Shown here: positions 50,201 to 59,073 of the stretch, one piece after another
How the letters are laid out: each line of letters begins with the position of its first letter
Position numbering within the stretch: position 1 is the first letter of the stretch
DNA from: Candidatus Latescibacterota bacterium
GTDB lineage: Bacteria > Latescibacterota > UBA2968
Direction: 5' to 3'
NCBI GenBank assembly: GCA_965222605.1
Contig: OZ244960.1
Coordinates: forward strand, 5,728,001 to 5,792,000
DNA: 64,000 nucleotides
The notes under the pieces: model-generated
What the model saw: only the letters and a program-made list of their open reading frames with translations
Databases searched by the model: none
What the model was told of the DNA's origin: nothing
Made by a program: the position numbers and the translations under genes

Positions 50201-52356
50201 GGACGTAAGAACATCAGACTTATTGCGAATAATTCATGCGAATGAAGTCCGTCAAGCTGCTTGAGTGACGAGACATTGGGGTCTTTGCAAGCAATTCTGA
50301 GCAAATGCATTATCCTGTTTAACAACTGACCGTCATTGCGGAGCAATGTCTGGCACTGTTCTTGGAAGAAGGTGCCTGCATTTTCTGATTGTAGTACAGC
50401 GATTATGATATCGTCACTCCAAATTTGTTTCAGGCCATTCTGTGCCAAGCAGTCCGAGATAAAATCGTGAATATCTGGTACGGACTTCTCATTGATTGAA
50501 TCCAAGAGCCAGATACGGAAACTACGCCGAATAGCAAGTTCCATTCCTAATGCATCAAAGAATGCGAGAATATCATTCCCTTTGACTTGATACTGTTCGT
50601 CTATATATCTGATGAGTGCCCAATCCTCAAAAAGATCATGTGCAGGTGCATATCCACCATCTCGTTCGATGATAATATTATCCTGCTTGAGTTTTTCGAT
50701 TGCTTCTGGATCAGAGTCTATGTAAGGCACAGTAACTGTCATTGCTCTGGCTCGTCTGAGTGCTATATCTGTAAAACACTTTTCCCTTTTCAGCGGCAGC
50801 CCACGAATATTTTCCTGTCTTTTTTTGATCACATTTTGCCAGATCACATCTTTGAAATTTTGCTCTGTTAGAGTGGAGGGCGAGTCTGACCAGTCAATTG
50901 AACTGGCGTATTTAAGGTAGAGGGGGATTCTCAAGAGTTTAGCTACACGGTCGTTTGTCGCCAGAGGCGCAATGCTCGGTATCTGGCTTAAAACTTTGCC
51001 AAAATCATCAGCATCTAATGGTGGAATCGTCAATGTTGTCAGGTTATGAATTCTACTCGGATATAATAGATGCTGGTAGGCCATATCCAGTGAATGAATT
51101 CTACAGGTAGCAATAATTCTCCATGTATCATCCTCTGCGATAGTCGTGAGAAATTGAATGATGGTCTCAACAGAATTACTTTCGAAAATTCGCTCTAATG
51201 ACTCAATTAAAAGAACCTTTCGCGGTAATAGCGCAAACCGCGCAGATAGTTGAGGGATAGTGTCACTTATGCCAACGCTTGAAAGAACTACATCAACATG
51301 CGGTTGATTAAATTCCTCTGCTTTGAAGACAAAACAAGGAGTATCCTTTTGCAGTCTCTCCAAGACGTTCTTTGCAAGAGCAGATTTTCCTATACCTGCT
51401 CTTCCTACAATTAAAACTCCCTTCTTTTCCGAAATAGCATCTACTGCCTCAGATATAAGTGCAGATCGCTCAATATGCAGGTCGTGTCTAATTCGATCAT
51501 CTATGTTATTGAGTGTCACTTGCCCGTGTTGTCTTAGCCTCTCGATTGAATCGCACCTCACAACACTTTCATTTGGTCTGAACCATTGTTTGACTTTATC
51601 AGGCAGGGTGTCTTTTGTAATCGTTGCAGAATTGGGATTTGCCCGGGCAATGAAATCTGTTATCTGCGGCCATATAGTGCTTAAAGAGTCTGTGACATTC
51701 GGATTCTTTGCCATTTGTGCCATATTGAGGAACAAGGTTCTATCAGTACTTTCGTCCTGATCTAAGTCATAGTGAAGCCAGTGAAACACTTTGATAAAAC
51801 GCCATAATTCATCATCTGTTATAGCTGATCCTTTAGCATTATCAAGGTGCAGTCGAATAACTCTAAGGAATTCTCTCATTGTATCCGATGCAAATTTGAC
51901 GGTATGCACCTTGTCAATATATTCCGCTGCACTCTCACAATATCTTGCCCATTGGAGCAGGCGGGGAAGATTCTGGGTTATCCTTCCAGCAAGTGGTCCT
52001 GTAATCAAAACAATGGCATCGTGATTTGGGTTAAATACTGATGCATTGTTATAATCTTGCCACGCAAAATTGAGAACACCTGCTAATTTATCATCTGATT
52101 CAGTTATGGCGATTTTGTGCGTAATCTGAGCCAGAAGCTTGTGTTGGTCACCATAAGTATCCACAAGGGAAACCATCATGTCATCTATGCCAATTCCTAA
52201 TTGCCGCGCTTGCACACGTATTGAAGTGATCTCGCCCTCTGGTAAGCATGGGACAGTTCCGCCGACAAGCATATTGACGACGTATCCAGCCTGAATTTCA
52301 CGCTCGAATGTAGTTCCGCCGCCACTAGTTGAAAAAGGGTTGGATACTGTTGGCAT
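47284..52356 (-). CDS. Large STAND NTPase, Avs4-like anti-phage protein (nuclease-like N-terminus, ATPase, helical sensor)
   Basis: 1690 aa in an AT-rich tract; SNPFSTSGGG..FE N-terminus, Walker A GRAGIGKS, HDLFEDWA, LWCLYRGT..P..LQSALMALE motif recalled from Avs4. Confidence 0.7.
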   Translation of the reverse strand: MPTVSNPFSTSGGGTTFEREIQAGYVVNMLVGGTVPCLPEGEITSIRVQARQLGIGIDDMMVSLVDTYGDQHKLLAQITHKIAITESDDKLAGVLNFAWQDYNNASVFNPNHDAIVLITGPLAGRITQNLPRLLQWARYCESAAEYIDKVHTVKFASDTMREFLRVIRLHLDNAKGSAITDDELWRFIKVFHWLHYDLDQDESTDRTLFLNMAQMAKNPNVTDSLSTIWPQITDFIARANPNSATITKDTLPDKVKQWFRPNESVVRCDSIERLRQHGQVTLNNIDDRIRHDLHIERSALISEAVDAISEKKGVLIVGRAGIGKSALAKNVLERLQKDTPCFVFKAEEFNQPHVDVVLSSVGISDTIPQLSARFALLPRKVLLIESLERIFESNSVETIIQFLTTIAEDDTWRIIATCRIHSLDMAYQHLLYPSRIHNLTTLTIPPLDADDFGKVLSQIPSIAPLATNDRVAKLLRIPLYLKYASSIDWSDSPSTLTEQNFKDVIWQNVIKKRQENIRGLPLKREKCFTDIALRRARAMTVTVPYIDSDPEAIEKLKQDNIIIERDGGYAPAHDLFEDWALIRYIDEQYQVKGNDILAFFDALGMELAIRRSFRIWLLDSINEKSVPDIHDFISDCLAQNGLKQIWSDDIIIAVLQSENAGTFFQEQCQTLLRNDGQLLNRIMHLLRIACKDPNVSSLKQLDGLHSHELFAISLMFLRPSGSGWKHVIEFIHAHYDKIGQQHHFTIDGVLSDWIQGIERDHPLPDEARKVGLIALHRLYDKREHYGRDNHKDLIRVVLRVCEVLNSEISELANARIHGESCERIFDIFKKEALDFLYSEELCKHYPDIVVKLAKQAWYYQEPDSDGFYSGHLDRDENFGLDDVHNSLYPPSGLQGPFANLLRHNSEKGIDFIIELLNHAILAYTKSDLDDGEPVQVNVHLNDGRTIQQWGGQRLWCLYRGTSVAPDILQSALMALENWLFRQIESGNDVIDIFNKLLFESNNVAITSMLVSIATAYPKVFKKHALPLLRTREFYCWDTQRLVLEQSISAGQSLLGLLTPVDHEIHDNERKTSAQRNHRGKCLEDLARNLQITEVQSQIFDIFDNFRSQLPPLEDQSEEDKTWRIVLSRIDLRRYNAQEDTENQRIILNPQELEQDLQQFQEQGYPEFEGKMKLRRLLDWGIAQYKKEDNNSNYFANWQEALQEAQEAQSIILQHADDESYQIFSGGYAYTAAIIVRDHWAETSDEQKEWCRQVLLEAIAHKFSSLDNQDEVSIFEMAGSRPAATVLPLLLGQFDEQGEKEIRVGIAASHLHPSREVRWFAVSGCHETLWEKDPVFAENCLKAHIINAKMRIDHIPHFNNLYTGQAQQTHVEAIFNGRTTLLRQLAEGKIQDDPNIEDITLETHDYHGLQYAIGLIPPTSTQAYHQELHAKIFTLLIEKSVEVNTERRYSSGYPGYPYEFAGLFLGYFSRFILNQPNEYITSAMQLMMDNWQNCYKVTEYFIPYLFEAEDQSRNDAQFWNIWSTIATKAFEDLNQRADDRPIPSELRKIIRTLLFSDIKWKENTTEWEPLTNNREFIQNACSHIGHHPIGFNALVCLLKSAVERLFLPDALLWLNKALQQGDAKKIFQEPNTRFDLEVLLRNNLLSRESEIRGNIRIRQATVELLDALINSGSSTGFQLRERFIMPLPTAL

Positions 52357-52412
52357 TTGTGTATATCCTCTTTGGTGTAAATATTGCCGTGACAGTCTCT
52401 GGCTACGTCATA

Positions 52413-52442
52413 AATGTGACTACGTTATAAAGTAGTCACATT
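52413..52442. promoter_or_regulatory. 30-bp near-perfect palindrome upstream of the STAND gene
   Basis: AATGTGACTAC-GTTATAAA-GTAGTCACATT, overlapping a CTACGTYATAAA direct repeat. Confidence 0.55.
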
Positions 52443-52509
52443 ACAGCCAATTTGCAATGATACCTTCTATTTTGATGCTCCATTTCACTTTTGCAGTGAA
52501 CACAACTCT

Positions 52510-52599
52510 CTATAACAGTCGCCATAGATCACCACAAAAATTCTCGAATTCTTCCCAAGATTCAGGGGGCGGAATTTGTCTAGTTCGTGAGGAATTCAT
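52510..52599 (-). pseudogene. 5' remnant of an Mrr-like nuclease gene
   Basis: RBS AAGGA then MNSSRTRQIPPPESWEEFENFCGDLWRLL*, resembling the IPPP..W..FE..C.DLW start of Mrr-type effector domains. Confidence 0.55.
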
Positions 52600-52634
52600 T
52601 GGCTATCCTTCTGTTGTATTGAACATTAAACCGA

Positions 52635-52692
52635 CTAAGCCCCCCACACAATCAGTCATCAAATTGAGCAACTGATAGTGAGAGGGGCTTAG
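52635..52692 (-). terminator. Long imperfect hairpin directly 3' of the tRNA-like gene
   Basis: CTAAGCCCC...ATCAGT / ACTGAT...GGGGCTTAG. Confidence 0.5.
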
Positions 52693-52778
52693 CGGAGAGG
52701 GCGGGATTCGAACCCACAAGGGAACAAGTCCCTGCATCCGATTATCAGTCGGCCGCCTTACCGTTCAGCCACCTCTGA
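52693..52778 (-). tRNA. Class II (Ser-like) tRNA or pseudo-tRNA with GAT (Ile) anticodon
   Basis: TCAGAGG-TG-GCTGAACGGTAAGGC-G-GCCGA-CTGATAA-TCGGA-long V arm (AGGGA/TCCCT)-GTGGG-TTCGAAT-CCCGC-CCTCTCC-G; pairs 1:72 and 2:71 mismatched; no CCA. Confidence 0.75.
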
Positions 52779-52824
52779 GTAAGAACCACTCATGGTTCCC
52801 ATCCAAAATTGGCCGAACAGAGAA

Positions 52825-52853
52825 AACATGACAAACAGATAGCCTAATGTCAA
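52825..52853 (-). promoter_or_regulatory. Promoter of the tRNA-like gene
   Basis: TTGACA-17 nt-CATGTT with extended TG, about 45 nt upstream of the tRNA-like gene. Confidence 0.45.
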
Positions 52854-53072
52854 GATTTAACCAACGAAAGTGTTGTGCAGTAGTTTAGTGTTTGCTGATA
52901 TCTTCAGCAATTCAGTGTCTCAAATTTAGTCGGATCTTACAACTCTCCTTGGACGATTTTTTGACAGGGAAGATACGGACACTTTTATAGGTATAGCAAA
53001 AAGCGTAAAGCATGGTGCGATCTTCTGAAAAGGGTTCAATGATCTGATGGGGCTTCTTCGGGAGAACCAATT

Positions 53073-53603
53073 TCAACGCACAGGTGGAGGAGGTGGGGAA
53101 GTGTAGGTGCGGGCGGCTCTACCGTTGCGTCGGATTGCGTCCGCGATAGGTCCAAGCCGCGATGGCCCCGAAAACATCCCGTCGTCCAAAATTCTCTGAA
53201 TCTCGTCCGTTTTCATTGTCGCTATGAACTTGAAAACCCTCGGTATGGCACTGACTCGAGACTTGGATGCAGGTTCATCAATCCCGTAAATCTGGCAGAA
53301 ATTTCTAATGTCGCCAAACGTTGGGAGAAAGGCCTTGTTTTCAAATCTTTTTGCAAGCTCCGTCGCTATCGGCTTTTTTTTCGAAGAAAGTTCCATCTTG
53401 GCAACATACTCCGGAGCATTAACCTTTGCCCTCTTATTAAGGGGCTTTGTTACTGCTTTTTTATCAGATAGCACTTTGCTCTGTTTGGAACTTTTGAGTT
53501 GACGATCAGCAAGGCGAATTTCCCGTAGAGATTGATCAACTTGCTCGAAACCATATTGGCGAACTATCAAACGCAGCGTATCTTTGAGTTTAGCTTTAGT
53601 CAT
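53073..53603 (-). CDS. Hypothetical basic protein downstream of ParA
   Basis: 176 aa ORF, GGAGG upstream, co-oriented 21 nt after parA; no family recognised. Confidence 0.7.
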   Translation of the reverse strand: MTKAKLKDTLRLIVRQYGFEQVDQSLREIRLADRQLKSSKQSKVLSDKKAVTKPLNKRAKVNAPEYVAKMELSSKKKPIATELAKRFENKAFLPTFGDIRNFCQIYGIDEPASKSRVSAIPRVFKFIATMKTDEIQRILDDGMFSGPSRLGPIADAIRRNGRAARTYTSPPPPPVR

Positions 53604-53624
53604 AAGCTATCAACCCTCCTGCCA

Positions 53625-54479
53625 TCATTCAAGCCCAAGTACTTGGAAGAATTCGCTCGCAAAATTATCAAAGAGAACGGCATCACCACGGTGCGTAAAA
53701 TCTCCACGCATCATTTTGGGGAATCCACGAGAGAGGGGAATCTCGTTCTCGAATATGCGCCATCCGTTTTCTCTGGCTTCCTGAAGTATTTCAAGCCTAG
53801 CTCTACGCCTTTCTGGCCCACCCCTGTTTCCACTGTAATGATAAGATGAATTGTTGATAACGACGCCGATAACGTCAATCCGGTGGCCTCGATTATGTCC
53901 TCTAAACGCGTTAAGGGAATCGTTCAGTAATGGAAAGCCAATAGTTGCAAAATACTCAGGCTTGACGGGAACAAGAATGTAGCCAGAGGCATGGTATGCG
54001 GCTTGGGTGAATATAGATTCGGTTGGCGCGCAATCTATAATGATGAGGTCTTTATCTTGGAAACTATTGGCGATAAGCCGCGCCAGAATCTCCGGATCAG
54101 GCTTAATTGATTCAACCAAGTTGTCGGAGAAATCAAACCTTGAAGGAATGAGATGCAAATTGCGACCGCCCAAGGGAGTATTGCTAACAATCACATCAGC
54201 AATATTAAGTGGTCCTGGCGATGTCATACTAGCAGTTGGCGGCTGATATCCATTAAATATCTCAACAATTGATGGAGAGTTGTCGTTTAGGAACTGCCTA
54301 TAATTTCTATCCCTCATAAAAGCTTGAGAAAGATTAGCTTGTGGGTCCAGGTCAATAGCAAGGACATTAAGATTAAGACGTGATGCCGCATACCGACTCA
54401 GCAACGCCGCAATAGTCGTCTTACCGACGCCGCCTTTCATGTTAATCACCGAGACACAAACAGGTCCCGTTTGGGCCAT
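53625..54479 (-). CDS. ParA/Soj-family ATPase (orphan)
   Basis: INMKGGVGKTT, IDLDPQANLS, IIDCAP. Confidence 0.9.
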   Translation of the reverse strand: MAQTGPVCVSVINMKGGVGKTTIAALLSRYAASRLNLNVLAIDLDPQANLSQAFMRDRNYRQFLNDNSPSIVEIFNGYQPPTASMTSPGPLNIADVIVSNTPLGGRNLHLIPSRFDFSDNLVESIKPDPEILARLIANSFQDKDLIIIDCAPTESIFTQAAYHASGYILVPVKPEYFATIGFPLLNDSLNAFRGHNRGHRIDVIGVVINNSSYHYSGNRGGPERRRARLEILQEARENGWRIFENEIPLSRGFPKMMRGDFTHRGDAVLFDNFASEFFQVLGLE

Positions 54480-54569
54480 ATTTATCTCCTACTTTGCGAA
54501 GGCTGAATAGCACATAATACAAGACATTTTACTGATGTTAATATACGGTCTTTAGGATAAAAGGCAAGT

Positions 54570-55961
54570 TCAGGACGGCTGCGCTTTCGCGGCTTCCCAA
54601 CCTTTTTTTATGACTTTCTCCAGTTCGCTTACTGTCTCGGCATAGCGATCATCTCCCGCGGCATTGACGTTTTCCGCCGCATCTTGCCGATGATCGTAAA
54701 GCTCTCGTGCTTTTACGTCTCCCGTTTCTCTCGATTGCCATTCTGTGTAGCGGAAGTCATCCGTCTTGATGGTATAGCCCATCACGTCTTTTCGCGGATA
54801 TTGGCTGAAGGCCGCCTGTTTCCATGTTCTTTCAGGTTCTTCCATCAAGGGGCCAAAGCTCTGGCCCTCGAGATGATCGGGCAGCGGCAGATCGCACAGG
54901 TCGCACAGCGATGGGTACATATCGACGAATTCCGTAAGACCAGATGCCTTTGCGCCCTGCTTGCCGCGTTCTGGCGAACGGATGATCATTGGGGCATGGG
55001 TATCGATGTCGAAGTTCGTGTGCTTGCACCAGCTGCCGTGTTCGCCGAGTTTCCAGCCGTGATCTCCCCACAGAATTACAACCGTGTTCTCTTTGAGGCC
55101 AAGCCGTTCGACTTCGTCGAGCACGCGACCGACCTGCGCGTCCATATACGAGACACACGCGCAGTAGCCGTGGACCAGTGTGCGCGATAGGTCCTCTGGT
55201 ATCGGTCCCTCTTTCGGCATTCCAAAGTAGCCGCGAAGTTCGCCGAATTCAGTCAGAGAATACTCGGTGACGTTTTCTGGCGCGCTGGTATTCAGGGCGA
55301 GTGGCAATGCTACCCGATCGTAAACGTCCCAGTGACGCTTTGGGGCATTGAAGGGCAGATGGGGTTTGTGAAAGCCCACGGCGAGGAAGAAGGGCTGATC
55401 GCGTAATTCGTTGAGCGTTTTGATTGCGTGATCGGCATCCTTGCCGTCGTGATAGGCGTCGTCTGGAACGTCCGCGGCTTCAAAAGCCGGTCCCATACCC
55501 CGTCTCGTGGATCCTTCAGTAGCCATCTGTGCATCTGTTCGCTCGATCACTTCCATCGCTTCATCCGTCAGGTAGCCCCGTCCCTTCCAATCTCCCGTTG
55601 AGACGTGTGGTTCGCCGGACCATCCTTGCAGATCGTCGTTTCGATGGTGATAGATTTTTCCGATGGATCGCGTCTCGTAGCCGTGCTGCTTGAAGTGCTG
55701 TGGTAGCGAGAGGACATCGGGCATCACGGACCGCAAAGGGGTCTGTAGATCGTAAATTGTTGTCGTATCCGGACGGCAGCCACTCAGAACACTCGCCCGA
55801 GAAGGCGCGCACACGGCTTGCTGACAGTAAGCCCGCTCGAAGAGGACTCCCTCTGCGGCCAATTGATCGATGTTTGGCGACTGTACGAAATTCTGACCAT
55901 AACAACCGAGTTGCGGGCGGAGGTCATCTACGGCGATGAATAGCACGTTCATTTTGTTCAC
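54570..55961 (-). CDS. Sulfatase (iduronate-2-sulfatase-like)
   Basis: NVLFIAVDDLRP, CAPSR, GKIYH, GFHKPHLPF, WGDHGW; GTG start after GGAGGT. Confidence 0.92.
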   Translation of the reverse strand: MNKMNVLFIAVDDLRPQLGCYGQNFVQSPNIDQLAAEGVLFERAYCQQAVCAPSRASVLSGCRPDTTTIYDLQTPLRSVMPDVLSLPQHFKQHGYETRSIGKIYHHRNDDLQGWSGEPHVSTGDWKGRGYLTDEAMEVIERTDAQMATEGSTRRGMGPAFEAADVPDDAYHDGKDADHAIKTLNELRDQPFFLAVGFHKPHLPFNAPKRHWDVYDRVALPLALNTSAPENVTEYSLTEFGELRGYFGMPKEGPIPEDLSRTLVHGYCACVSYMDAQVGRVLDEVERLGLKENTVVILWGDHGWKLGEHGSWCKHTNFDIDTHAPMIIRSPERGKQGAKASGLTEFVDMYPSLCDLCDLPLPDHLEGQSFGPLMEEPERTWKQAAFSQYPRKDVMGYTIKTDDFRYTEWQSRETGDVKARELYDHRQDAAENVNAAGDDRYAETVSELEKVIKKGWEAAKAQPS

Positions 55962-56100
55962 AGTACCTCCACATGGACATTGGATTTTCCATTTTGATTT
56001 ATGGATACGGATGAGACGCAGGCAATATACGGTCTTTGGTGTGAAAATCAAGTTCGGGATAGATGAGCGGTGGGGCGCTACCTACACGACAGATCAAATG

Positions 56101-56130
56101 TTGACAACACAGGTTTTGTGATGCCATATT
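56101..56130 (+). promoter_or_regulatory. Sigma70-like promoter
   Basis: TTGACA-18 nt-CATATT with extended TG. Confidence 0.45.
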
Positions 56131-56179
56131 ACGAGTATGAGATTAGCAATTTTGGGGCGTTAAAAATCAGGAGGATAGT

Positions 56180-57082
56180 ATGGCACAGGATACTGTAAGA
56201 GAGGTCACGACGAGCACGGTCCCCCATAGAGTCCTGGGCAAGACCGGGGAGCGGGTGTCCATTCTGGGGTATGGATCTGCCCCCGGTGGGATGGGGCTTT
56301 CAGATGAAGACGCTATTGCGCTTTGCCATAAGGTGATTGATCTGGGGGTGACGTATATCGATACGGCACCCGGATATGGTCGGGCGCATGTTCAACTGGG
56401 GCAGGTGATGGCGGAGCGGCGAGATGAGGTATTTTTGGTGACCAAGACAGCGGCGGATGACGCGGAACAGGCGTTGAAGATATTGGAGAAGGGGCTAAAA
56501 GATTTGCAGACGGATCAAGTGGATCTGGTTTATGTGCATTCGATGGGCCATAGAGATGCGGATCGGGTGCTGGGATCCGATGGTGCGCTGGCAGGGCTGC
56601 GGGAAGCCCAGCGGCGGGGTTGGACGCGATTTGTAGGGGTTACCGCGCACAATGCACCCTGGAGAACCGCCCGCGTGTTGCGGGAGGCGGATATAGATGT
56701 GGTTATGCTCGCTATGAATCTCGCGGATCGCTATACTTACAATTTTGAGAATGAGGTGTTGCCTCTGGCGTATGAACAAAATGTGGGCGTGGCGGCAATG
56801 AAGGTTTACGGTGGGGCGCAGGGGATGACGTACGAAAAACCCGCTACTTCAGCTTTGGCCGCGCATGGATCACACGATCACGAGGCAGCACTGCGTTACG
56901 CGCTGGGATTGCCCGGCGTTTGTACAGCCGTAATTGGCATGTTTTCGGAGGCAGAGCTCGTGCAGAACCTGGAGTGGGCGCGGCGATTTACACCGCTGAA
57001 TGCAGTGGATGGTATAGCTCTTGAGGGGCTTGGTCGAGAGGTTGCGGCGGAATGGGGACCGCATTACGGTGCAGTGGAGTAG
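56180..57082 (+). CDS. Aldo/keto reductase
   Basis: RVLGKTG, YIDTAPGYG, FLVTK, DLVYVH, AMKVYGG. Confidence 0.9.
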   Translation: MAQDTVREVTTSTVPHRVLGKTGERVSILGYGSAPGGMGLSDEDAIALCHKVIDLGVTYIDTAPGYGRAHVQLGQVMAERRDEVFLVTKTAADDAEQALKILEKGLKDLQTDQVDLVYVHSMGHRDADRVLGSDGALAGLREAQRRGWTRFVGVTAHNAPWRTARVLREADIDVVMLAMNLADRYTYNFENEVLPLAYEQNVGVAAMKVYGGAQGMTYEKPATSALAAHGSHDHEAALRYALGLPGVCTAVIGMFSEAELVQNLEWARRFTPLNAVDGIALEGLGREVAAEWGPHYGAVE

Positions 57083-57090
57083 CGTGAGAA

Positions 57091-59073
57091 ATGGCTGAAA
57101 TCAAAAGGAAACTCTTCCCATCATCTGTGTTGGCTGAGGATAGCTTGCGCTGGACCATTGTGGTGCTTTCCTCGGCCACATTGGTTTTTGCCTGTGTTGC
57201 CGCAACGTTTTTGGAGTTCAAATCTCGTTCTGCACATATGGCGATGGCGAACCTGCCTCTGGCGGTGTTGTTGCCCTTTGTGGCATGGCTTCTGGTGAAT
57301 GCTTTTTTGAAGCGGTTTATGCCCCGCCTGTCTATGACTTCTGCAGAGTTGCGGATGGTGTTGAGCATGCTCTGGGTAGGCGGATCGTTCGCGGGGTATA
57401 ACTGGATTACGCAGTGGGTGGGCGCGATGGCGGCGCCGAGATACTATGCGTCGCCCGAGAACCGGTGGCAGGAGTTGATTTTTGACTATTTGCCCTGGTG
57501 GATGTTCCCTGCGAATTTCCCCGGGGTGACAGAGGGATTTTTTCTGGGGCTGGAGGAAGGCGCGGCAGTGCCGTGGGGGGCGTGGATAGCACCTATTTTT
57601 TGGGCGATGTCCGCCGGGTTGGCAATGACGGCTATTGGGCTGGGTTTGACGGCGGTGTTCCAGAAGCAGTGGGTTCGGCATGAACGGCTGACGTATCCAC
57701 TGGCACAGGTTCCGCTCGATTTGACAGAAGGGTTCGACGGCAAGCGTGGCTGGCCGCCGTTTATGCGGAATTGGCTGTTCTGGGTGGGGTTTGCTGTAGC
57801 TGCTTTCCCTTTGTTATGGAATCTGATCGAATACTGGACGCCGGGTTTTCCCCGGCTGACGATTTTTGACCCTTATTATGGTCCAAGAGGTCCCCGGGGT
57901 GCTGCATTGTCGCGTTATTTACGGCCGTTCTCCTATCGGATATTGCCCCCTGTGCTGGGGTTTACATTTTTGTGCGATCTGAATATCCTGTTCAGCATCT
58001 GGTCTTTGTGGCTGGCGGGACAGGCGGGACTTTACGGGATGTCCAGGGTTGGATTTTCCGTGGGGCTGGCCGGGCAAGAGGCGAAGCCGACTGCGATTTT
58101 GGGCCTGTTCACCCATGGCGTGAGTATGGGGTTGGCGATTTGGGCGATTTGGGTTGCTCGCGGTCATCTGCGGAAGGTTTTTCGGCAGGTGTTACGCCCG
58201 CCCGTAATCGGGGAGGTGGAAACGGCGATTTTGTCTCCCCGATTAGCCGTGTTTGGGATTTTGGGCGGCGGTATTTATATGGTTTTCTGGCTGTACAGCG
58301 CGGGTTATAGCGCGGGGATTGGGCTGGCCTGGCTGTTGCTTTTCTGGGCGAGTATTCTGGTGGTGATGAAGTTTTTGGCGGCCAGTGGGTTTGCGTATCT
58401 GTTTCCGAGTTTCGGTACGTCGATTCTGGATATGACAGTGGGAGCCAGCCAGATGCAGGAATCGACGTTGGTAGGACTTCGGCTGGTGAATTGGCGATTA
58501 CTGGCCGGCTGGCGTTTGCCGGCAGCATTGCCCCATGTAGAACGCCTGGTGAGGCCGGCAAAGCGGGTTGGTTGGGTAGTAATTGGGAGCCTGATACTGG
58601 GGATGCTGGCGGCCATTATTTACACGGTTTCCATCTGCTATGAATCGGGGGGGAGCACTTTCCGCACATGGTCTTTGGTGGGCGCGCCAGTGGGGATGTA
58701 CGAGGGGATTGCCAAGGCGGTTGCAGAGACAGACCGCACTGTAACCGATCCGGGAAAAATTGGGGTGTGGGTTTTGGGCTGCGTGATTGCGGGGATTATT
58801 CAGGTGATGCAGAGCCGGTTTGCCTGGTGGCCGCTTCATCCGCTGGGTGTGATGCTGATGTCGAGCGGTTATGTTCGGCTGTATGTGCTGGATATTTTCC
58901 TGGTGTGGCTGAGCAAATTGCTGGTTCTCAGTTTTGGTGGCATTTCACTTTACCGAAGGATTAAGCCGTGTTGTTATGGGTTGATTGTGGGTTATGTATT
59001 TGCCGTGGGATGTTCTTTTTTAATTGATTTGATCTGGTTTCCAGAAGGTGGGCATTATATCCACGGGTATTAG
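57091..59073 (+). CDS. Polytopic membrane protein, DUF6785/DUF6784 type
   Basis: KQWVRHERLTYP, WWPLHPLG; paralog of 90..2078. Confidence 0.75.
   Translation: MAEIKRKLFPSSVLAEDSLRWTIVVLSSATLVFACVAATFLEFKSRSAHMAMANLPLAVLLPFVAWLLVNAFLKRFMPRLSMTSAELRMVLSMLWVGGSFAGYNWITQWVGAMAAPRYYASPENRWQELIFDYLPWWMFPANFPGVTEGFFLGLEEGAAVPWGAWIAPIFWAMSAGLAMTAIGLGLTAVFQKQWVRHERLTYPLAQVPLDLTEGFDGKRGWPPFMRNWLFWVGFAVAAFPLLWNLIEYWTPGFPRLTIFDPYYGPRGPRGAALSRYLRPFSYRILPPVLGFTFLCDLNILFSIWSLWLAGQAGLYGMSRVGFSVGLAGQEAKPTAILGLFTHGVSMGLAIWAIWVARGHLRKVFRQVLRPPVIGEVETAILSPRLAVFGILGGGIYMVFWLYSAGYSAGIGLAWLLLFWASILVVMKFLAASGFAYLFPSFGTSILDMTVGASQMQESTLVGLRLVNWRLLAGWRLPAALPHVERLVRPAKRVGWVVIGSLILGMLAAIIYTVSICYESGGSTFRTWSLVGAPVGMYEGIAKAVAETDRTVTDPGKIGVWVLGCVIAGIIQVMQSRFAWWPLHPLGVMLMSSGYVRLYVLDIFLVWLSKLLVLSFGGISLYRRIKPCCYGLIVGYVFAVGCSFLIDLIWFPEGGHYIHGY

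Noticed and set aside
52693-52778. tRNA-Sec or 8/4, 9/3 allo-tRNA interpretation
   Set aside because: Anticodon is GAT, not TCA, and the stems fit a standard 7/5 fold
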